From Candidatus Altimarinota bacterium (GTDB taxonomy: Bacteria > Patescibacteriota > Gracilibacteria > CAIRYL01): a DNA stretch of 64,000 bases. Below the pieces are notes generated by a model. The model was not told the DNA's origin. It saw only the letters and a program-made list of their open reading frames with translations, and did not search any database. Location: contig OZ252287.1 in the NCBI GenBank assembly GCA_965250085.1, positions 800,001-864,000 on the forward strand. Direction: 5' to 3'. Of the stretch, positions 57,691-64,000 are shown one piece after another. The position numbers were made by a program, and so were the translations under genes. Within the stretch, counting starts at the first letter, position 1; the number at the start of each line of letters is the position of its first letter.

Positions 57691-60600
57691 ACCAAGCAGA
57701 AGTAACTCGGCGAGATCAGTTTGTACCAGTTGTAATTGACACACTTACTGCGTTTGATCCTGCGCTCTGTATGCATGGCGATCTGGAAGATGGAATTTTT
57801 CATGGAAATGCGAGAAGTGATGTGCGCGATTCTCTTCTCAAAAACATTGTCCGTACAGAAAGTGATGAGGCAAAGAAGTATGACTATGTGCTCGTATATA
57901 ACGCTGCTACAAAGCGTATCGAGTTTGGTGATGAACTTTGTGATTTTGAGGATGTAGATCAATACATGAGAGAGGATTTTATGAAAGAAGAAATAGTTCT
58001 CAGTAATGGAAGTCAAGATGAGGTGGGAGTTATAAATCGTCTTATTGATCCAGATATTGTGTCTCCTAGTATGAGTTCTATTCCTGACAAATCGGTTCTT
58101 CGTATGGTGGAGATGCTTTTGAAAAAAGGAAAAACAATATGCCTGGTGATAGATGAAGCGAATGAATTTATCCCCCAAGAAAACAAACAGGTATCTGCTT
58201 CGGAAAGCGTCCATAACGAGGCTCTGGTAGTTGATTTGGTACGAAAACTCAAACAACATGAAAATGCCCACCTGATATTGCTCGACAGAGCCAACACTGT
58301 GAATGGAAGATTGCAACGTGAAATACCATTCCATGCAATGCCAGCAAGTACTCGAGCAGACGTAGAAGATATTTTGAGAGATCATATTTCACCAGGGAAC
58401 CTTTCCACAGCAATTGCACTCTCAACAAGAACTCGAATTTCTGATTTGGTGAGACTCGTGGATAGAAAAGGAGGAGATGAGGAAGAGCTCTTGGATTCAC
58501 TTATTTCATTTCGTGCTCAGCAAATTGTAAAGATGGGGGGCGGAATACTTGAATCTTCAGTATCAGGTGTCGCCGATAAAGAAATCGCAATACAACTTGA
58601 AGCGAGAGAGTATTGGGAACGACTTGGAGAATCTTTTTTAAAAAATCCAGACCTCATTCCCAATGGAGTGATTATCATAGGACCTCCAGGAACCGGAAAA
58701 AGTATCATTCCCAAATGGATTGCTTCTCGACTCAAGGTTCCGTATATCAAGCTCAAAGAAATAGGTACCGAAGGACTTGCTGGCAGAAAGCTTCAAAAGA
58801 TAAAGCAAGCGCTTGAAACAATACGATCCCAAAGACCATGTGTAGTGCACATAGATGAAATAGATAAAATGTTTCCAAAAAAACAAGACCTTCAAAGCAA
58901 CAATGATGATGAAGCACGAGCGTATTTGCAAGACAGAATTTCCGACGATGAATTTATGAGTGGGGTTATACTCATTGGAACGAGTAATGACCCTGACCAT
59001 ATGGATTTTCCCATGCTCAGAAGTGGTCGATTTGGAGATATGGTAGCCATGATGCCTCCCCAAACGCTGGAGGAGAAAATACTTCATTTTAAGGCAGTAT
59101 GGCATCAGCTTCCCTCTATTGAGAAAAATGAAATACTGCTCCCTGGTGATGAGTTTATTAGAGCTCTTGTGAGCCAAACTCCTGAACATGCTACTGGTGC
59201 AAATTTTAAAGCTTTCCTCCAAGAATGTCTCAGAGAGTTCCTTCAAGATAGTTCTGATTATGCTACCTTCAACGAAGTCCTTATAAGAAAAATCTCTCAT
59301 TTTGAAAATCGATTTCCAAGAGATCCACGATATAAAGATCAGTGTGAAAAAGCTTTGAGAATGCATAACGCATTTTCTTTTCGAGAAAATAGTGAAGATG
59401 ATGAAGTTAGTACAGAAACTTTACAAATGTTAGCACTCGAAGCTGCTCAAACAGGATTAACTGATGGAGCTGAAGAGCTTCAAACCTTACTTCAGAAAAC
59501 AGATAAAGTAAGAACAGATATTCTTACAGGTGCACCAGAGTTAGAAGCACTTATTGCAAAGAAGACCTGTCTTTTGGAAGAACAAGAAGTAGCTGTAGAT
59601 GTTGCCAAAAAAGAAGAAAGTAAGCTCAAAAAAATTGTGAGCAAACTTCAAGGATCGAAAAAACAATTAGAGAAAACTCTCGCAGGCCTTAACGATGAAA
59701 TTGCCAAAAGAGTAGAAGCAGATACCGCAGAAGCAAGATCAGCAATAGAAGAGCAAGTTCGTGAAAGGATTGCTGAAGAGATGGAAAAAGTGGAGTTTGC
59801 TGAAACAGAACTTTCTGCCCTCAGAGATGAAGTCCAGGAAAAAGAGTGTGATGTTCGAGAGCTTATAGCTGACCTGGAAGCGAGATCAAAGCAACTCCAA
59901 AGTGAAGCGCAAAGATTGCAGTCTCTGTTGTCCCAAAGCGCCTATCTAGGAGAAGAACCAGATGGACTTGCAGATATTTTGGACACTATTGAAAGACTAC
60001 TTGCCGACCAAGTCGCAGGTTTGCAGCAAGCGAGAGAGGTTCAAGCATCTCTCAGGAGTGATGAAGAACAAAGAGCAGCAGATTTTTTGCTCCGAGTAGT
60101 AGAAACTGGGCAATACCTTCAGCAATCTTCAGGTGCTATGCGGAAAATATTGGATAAGATTGCCGATATCAATACTGTACGAGATACCAAAGGTAAAAAC
60201 CTTCTTATGATTGCATTGGACAGAGAAAAAAGTGATGATGATAAGCAAATTTTAGAATTTGCAAATGTTCTTTGCGAGAGGGGGCTTGAAGTGGATACCA
60301 AAGACAACAACGGAAGAACAGTTCTGATGTTAGCAGCTCGAAATTTTTTGGAAGTTACAAATTATTTACTGCTTGATCAAAACGCTTCGATAGATGCACA
60401 GGACAAATTAGGGAATACTGCTCTTATGTACGCCTCCTTATCTATGAATGCGGAAACAATTAACTTTTTAAGAAGTCACAATGCTGATATAAATAAGATA
60501 CACACTTCTGGAGACACCGCTCTTATGATATTACTAAAAAGAAAAAACGATAAAAAATTATTAATTTGTATGGACGCCTTTTTTGCATCACATGAAACAA

Positions 60601-61130
60601 TAGATGTTCTTCGCAAAGCTTTAGGTACAAGTGATATAGCCTCCTATTATGATCACATATATCAAGAAGCATCCAAATTTGGCATCAATCTATACAGATA
60701 CTGTAACGAGATTACCAGCAGAAGATCCATAGAAGATCTTTCAAATGCAAAGGAGGATACACTCTTGCAACTTTGGGACAAGAGATTTCATGTGGAAGAA
60801 CTCCCTGTTTTGGATCTGAGTATAAGAGATGGCGACAATGAATCTTGCTTTACCATTGCTCTAAGAAAACTCTCTGGTAGTAAGAAGAATGCTTATGAAT
60901 CGCTATGGCGAAGGACAGTACATGATTTAATAGATCAAGGAGCTCTAGAATTTGTACAAGCTGACCTCAGGCAACTAGTGCAAAATAATGAGTTGACAGT
61001 GATTGAATGTCTAGATAAAGAGATGCCTATTGATAGCGATGTTATACTTTCTATTTCCTCTGATCCCGATCTTGAGGAACACCTGGATGATTCAATGATG
61101 ACCGCATTAGATAATATCACATTAGCATAA
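57687..61130 (+). CDS. AAA+ ATPase with degenerate N-terminal AAA domain, coiled coil and C-terminal ankyrin repeats
   Basis: GPPGTGKS, HIDEIDK, TSN..D.PMLRSGRF; heptad region aa ~600-800; ankyrin motifs GRTVLMLAA, GNTALMYA, GDTALM. Confidence 0.88.
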   Translation: MNQAEVTRRDQFVPVVIDTLTAFDPALCMHGDLEDGIFHGNARSDVRDSLLKNIVRTESDEAKKYDYVLVYNAATKRIEFGDELCDFEDVDQYMREDFMKEEIVLSNGSQDEVGVINRLIDPDIVSPSMSSIPDKSVLRMVEMLLKKGKTICLVIDEANEFIPQENKQVSASESVHNEALVVDLVRKLKQHENAHLILLDRANTVNGRLQREIPFHAMPASTRADVEDILRDHISPGNLSTAIALSTRTRISDLVRLVDRKGGDEEELLDSLISFRAQQIVKMGGGILESSVSGVADKEIAIQLEAREYWERLGESFLKNPDLIPNGVIIIGPPGTGKSIIPKWIASRLKVPYIKLKEIGTEGLAGRKLQKIKQALETIRSQRPCVVHIDEIDKMFPKKQDLQSNNDDEARAYLQDRISDDEFMSGVILIGTSNDPDHMDFPMLRSGRFGDMVAMMPPQTLEEKILHFKAVWHQLPSIEKNEILLPGDEFIRALVSQTPEHATGANFKAFLQECLREFLQDSSDYATFNEVLIRKISHFENRFPRDPRYKDQCEKALRMHNAFSFRENSEDDEVSTETLQMLALEAAQTGLTDGAEELQTLLQKTDKVRTDILTGAPELEALIAKKTCLLEEQEVAVDVAKKEESKLKKIVSKLQGSKKQLEKTLAGLNDEIAKRVEADTAEARSAIEEQVRERIAEEMEKVEFAETELSALRDEVQEKECDVRELIADLEARSKQLQSEAQRLQSLLSQSAYLGEEPDGLADILDTIERLLADQVAGLQQAREVQASLRSDEEQRAADFLLRVVETGQYLQQSSGAMRKILDKIADINTVRDTKGKNLLMIALDREKSDDDKQILEFANVLCERGLEVDTKDNNGRTVLMLAARNFLEVTNYLLLDQNASIDAQDKLGNTALMYASLSMNAETINFLRSHNADINKIHTSGDTALMILLKRKNDKKLLICMDAFFASHETIDVLRKALGTSDIASYYDHIYQEASKFGINLYRYCNEITSRRSIEDLSNAKEDTLLQLWDKRFHVEELPVLDLSIRDGDNESCFTIALRKLSGSKKNAYESLWRRTVHDLIDQGALEFVQADLRQLVQNNELTVIECLDKEMPIDSDVILSISSDPDLEEHLDDSMMTALDNITLA

Positions 61131-61149
61131 AACACTTTTTTAAACTCCC

Positions 61150-61608
61150 ATGACCACTGATACATACACTCCTGAAAGAACTAGAGACTTGCTTGAACCA
61201 GATGTACTTGCAGAAGTAACGAGGCCTCACCTGCCCGTAACAAAAATATCTCATCAGTCTATAATGGCTTTTCTGCAAAGCAAACTGGGAACAGAAGTGA
61301 GAGAATCTATTTCTGAGTTTTCATCTGCGCAACTACGAAAAAGCTCCTCATTTGAACCGGGGATAGAACTCGTTGCTCAAGATTCCACTCCCTTCGGTGA
61401 AATGATATTTTATGATGCCGGCACAACCGATGCTCCAGAATTACCTTTTTACACCCAGGTAATTGATATTCCCAGTGGGGAGGTAAATGCTGCAATAATA
61501 TTTTTGCTGTTGAGAGAAAAATTGGATGAATTTTTAGCATCTTCTCAAAATCCAGATATCGGTGATATTTCTTATCTCGTAAGAAAAGTTCGAGCGTTTT
61601 TGTCTTAA
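61150..61608 (+). CDS. Hypothetical protein
   Basis: 152-aa ORF 19 bp after the AAA gene. Confidence 0.6.
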   Translation: MTTDTYTPERTRDLLEPDVLAEVTRPHLPVTKISHQSIMAFLQSKLGTEVRESISEFSSAQLRKSSSFEPGIELVAQDSTPFGEMIFYDAGTTDAPELPFYTQVIDIPSGEVNAAIIFLLLREKLDEFLASSQNPDIGDISYLVRKVRAFLS

Positions 61609-61732
61609 TTATTTAGTAATTAAAAAAATTCTGTAATCCCAGAAGATTTAGTTAGAATTGATGTTTTTTTGTGTATTTCATTTATTTCTGCCGCATATTT
61701 TGGTATAATGAGGAGAATATAAATATACAAAT

Positions 61733-62749
61733 ATGTCACATAAACATAAAGATTGGACAAGATATGGGATCAAGCCCAAGTATGCGGATAAAAAATATCC
61801 CAAAGTTTTTGATACCATCATCATTGGTGCTGGGCCCGCTGGAATGACCTCTGCAGTGTACGCAGCACGGCGAAAAATGAAGATTTTGCTTATCTGCGGA
61901 GACAAGATAGGAGGACAAATGCAATGGTCATCTGATATTGAGAATTATACTGGAGTAAAAAAAATAACCGGTCCAGGACTTACGGATCGATTTTTTCATC
62001 ATGTGCATCATATAGAAAAAGATATAGAAAATTTTGATCTCTGGGTTCGAAAAAAGGAGCTCGTGACAGGTGTAAAGAAAAATTCAGACAATACTTTCAC
62101 CGTTACTACTTCTGCTGGAAAATCATTTGAGACAAAAACGCTCATTATCACAGCGGGAAAAGTGCCACGAACACTTGGAATTTCTGGAGAAGAAGTTGCC
62201 ATGCAGGGGAATGGACTTTCTTTTTGTGCCACATGTGATGCCCCACTGTATAAGGACAAAAAAATGGCAATCATTGGAGGGGGCAATTCTGCTATGGATG
62301 TCGCATTGCAACTCAATACTCTGACAGATGACATTACACTTTTTACAGATATCGGTCACTTAACGGGAGAGGAAGTTCTTGAAGAAAAACTGCTCAATAA
62401 TTCACATATAGATATAAAATATAATGTTGATGTCAAAGAGATATTGCTGGATGAAAAATATCAAGTGCGTGGTCTCCGATATTCTGAAAAAGGATCGAAA
62501 GAAAAAGAATTTGTGTGCGAAGGTATCTTTGAGGAGATCGGACAATTGCCTGCTACAAATTTTCTCAGCGAATTTATTGAGCTCAACAAAAAAGGAGAAA
62601 TTCCTATTGATAAAAAGTGTAAAACCTCTCTCTCAGGCGTATTTGCCGCAGGAGATGTCACCGATGAAATTCATAAGCAGATTGTCGTTGCAGCTGGACA
62701 AGGAGCCATCGCTGCGCTGGAGGCCCATGAGTATGTGTTGAAGTTGTAA
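61733..62749 (+). CDS. trxB: Thioredoxin reductase-like FAD-dependent disulfide oxidoreductase
   Basis: IIGAGPAG, IENY, SFCATCD, GGGNSA, FAAGDVT, KQIVVAAGQG. Confidence 0.9.
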   Translation: MSHKHKDWTRYGIKPKYADKKYPKVFDTIIIGAGPAGMTSAVYAARRKMKILLICGDKIGGQMQWSSDIENYTGVKKITGPGLTDRFFHHVHHIEKDIENFDLWVRKKELVTGVKKNSDNTFTVTTSAGKSFETKTLIITAGKVPRTLGISGEEVAMQGNGLSFCATCDAPLYKDKKMAIIGGGNSAMDVALQLNTLTDDITLFTDIGHLTGEEVLEEKLLNNSHIDIKYNVDVKEILLDEKYQVRGLRYSEKGSKEKEFVCEGIFEEIGQLPATNFLSEFIELNKKGEIPIDKKCKTSLSGVFAAGDVTDEIHKQIVVAAGQGAIAALEAHEYVLKL

Positions 62750-62751
62750 TT

Positions 62752-62825
62752 AAACCCACCTAACCTCCCTTGGTAAGGGAGGAATAAATAACTTCCCCCT
62801 TGAAAAGGGGGATTGAGGGGGTTTA
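62752..62825. repeat. Paired hairpin repeats between convergent genes
   Basis: AAACCCACCTAACCTCCCTTGGTAAGGGAGG..CCCCCTTGAAAAGGGGGATTGAGGGGGTTT. Confidence 0.7.
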
Positions 62826-62830
62826 TTTTT

Positions 62831-63541
62831 TTACACCTCAAATACATATCCTTCTCCCCGAAAAGTGTGAATGGCATCTTTTCCGAGTTTTTTCCGTATT
62901 TTTCCCAAGTATACGTCAAGTGTGTTGGGAGAAATATTTTTTTGTTCTTGACCCCACACCGCATCAAGAATTTCTTTGCGACTTACTTTTTTCCCTTCAT
63001 TCTCAAAAAAGAATTGTATGAGAAGAAATTCTTTTGGGGATAAAAACCACTTTTTATTTTTGATAACAAGTTTTTGTAATCGAGTATCAAGAGTACATTT
63101 TCCGCATTTTATTTCTTCCGTAAGATGATTTTTTTCTTCTTCCCTCTTTTTTATAAGGGCCTGAAGGAGAGAAAGAAACTCTTCCCTCTCAAATGGCTTG
63201 GCAAGATACGCATCTGCACCAGAGGGAATAGATAGCACCCTTGTGATTTCATCTCCACGACGAGGCAAGAGCAAAATGCCTCCTACAAACCCCTGTCTTC
63301 TCAGTTTTGCGCAACACTCAATTCCATCTATGTCACCAGTAATTCCCACACCAATAATAATCGTTTCAAATTTTCCTGTATTTAATGAAGTAAAGACTTC
63401 CTCTGCATTTTCTACATGAACAATGTGTAAATCATATGCGGCAAGTCCTTCTAAAATCACTTTTGCGGATTCAGTATCATTCTCTACGAGAAGAATGTGA
63501 TATGGCTTGGGAAATTCAAGAGGAATGGGAGAAATTTTCAA
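62831..63541 (-). CDS. OmpR/PhoB-family response regulator (atypical receiver)
   Basis: ILLVEND, GADAYLAKPF; wHTH LSPKEF..SRKEILDAVW..VYLGKIRKKL..HTFRGEGY. Confidence 0.88.
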   Translation of the reverse strand: MKISPIPLEFPKPYHILLVENDTESAKVILEGLAAYDLHIVHVENAEEVFTSLNTGKFETIIIGVGITGDIDGIECCAKLRRQGFVGGILLLPRRGDEITRVLSIPSGADAYLAKPFEREEFLSLLQALIKKREEEKNHLTEEIKCGKCTLDTRLQKLVIKNKKWFLSPKEFLLIQFFFENEGKKVSRKEILDAVWGQEQKNISPNTLDVYLGKIRKKLGKDAIHTFRGEGYVFEV

Positions 63542-63574
63542 TGCGATGCGGAAAGAAGGAAACTTCTTTTATTG

Positions 63575-63608
63575 CCACTCTTTAGCAAAGAGGGGAAAGG
63601 GGAGATTT
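63575..63608. repeat. Hairpin repeat downstream of pheS
   Basis: CCACTCTTTAGCAAAGAGGGGAAAGGGGAGATTT, matching 39589-39623. Confidence 0.65.
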
Positions 63609-63618
63609 ATAATTATTA

Positions 63619-64000
63619 CTAGAATTGTTCCAAAAATCTCAAATCATTTTCAAAAAAGAGTCTCAGGTCACTGATACCGTGCTTGAGCATAATTTGTCTC
63701 TCTATTCCCATGCCAAATGCAAATCCATTCCATTCGTTGGGATCAAGTCCTCCATTTGTAATAACATTTGGATGAACCATTCCCATTCCTGCCAGTTCCA
63801 ACCATCGCTCTTTTCCATCCACCTTGAGGAGTCCATCTACTTCTACAGACGGCTCAGTAAAGGGAAAAAATGAGATTCGATATCTGAGCTCTATGTTTGG
63901 AGCAATAAGCTCTCTGAGCGCTGAGGATACCACAAATTTTAAATGTGATAGTGAAATATGCCTGTCTACCATGAGTCCTTCGTATTGATGAAACATAGGA
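63619..64000 (-). CDS. pheS: Phenylalanine--tRNA ligase alpha subunit (C-terminal part; continues beyond the window)
   Basis: [40 protein letters not shown]. Confidence 0.97.
   Translation of the reverse strand, partial: PMFHQYEGLMVDRHISLSHLKFVVSSALRELIAPNIELRYRISFFPFTEPSVEVDGLLKVDGKERWLELAGMGMVHPNVITNGGLDPNEWNGFAFGMGIERQIMLKHGISDLRLFFENDLRFLEQF

Noticed and set aside
1-64000. Alternative genetic code 25 (TGA=Gly) as in Gracilibacteria/SR1
   Set aside because: Conserved genes are full length under code 11, and several end at TGA at the expected position (sufE, ntpF).

Overview
About 64 kb of an AT-rich bacterial chromosome. It is most likely a Patescibacteria (CPR) genome of Peregrinibacteria type, inferred from CPR-style pilin and Cys-rich families; TGA is used as a stop, so it is code 11, not code 25. 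Housekeeping genes are pheT, partial pheS, pyrF, lgt-like, murG, ftsW, sufE, a 5'-3' exonuclease, trxB, tRNA-Met(CAT), cell-envelope sugar enzymes, a CsoR metal-response operon and a Na+-type A/V-ATPase operon lacking subunit D. Main unusual features: (1) the 3' end of pheT plus its downstream hairpin occurs three times at about 0.8 kb spacing, each interval holding one toxin-antitoxin pair, with no integrase in the window. (2) Four paralogous 550-580 aa Cys-rich zinc-ribbon/repeat proteins lie near a TrmB-like regulator, with conserved ends, variable middles and a gene-conversion tract. (3) REP-like palindromes are inserted in-frame, and nested, inside proteins. (4) A four-gene operon (coiled-coil protein, NrdG-like radical SAM, AAA+ ATPase fused to coiled coil and ankyrin repeats, small protein) sits where ATPase subunit D is expected. 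(5) A cluster of large orphan proteins carries predicted peptidoglycan-degrading domains. All family assignments come from motif recognition by eye; no searches were run.
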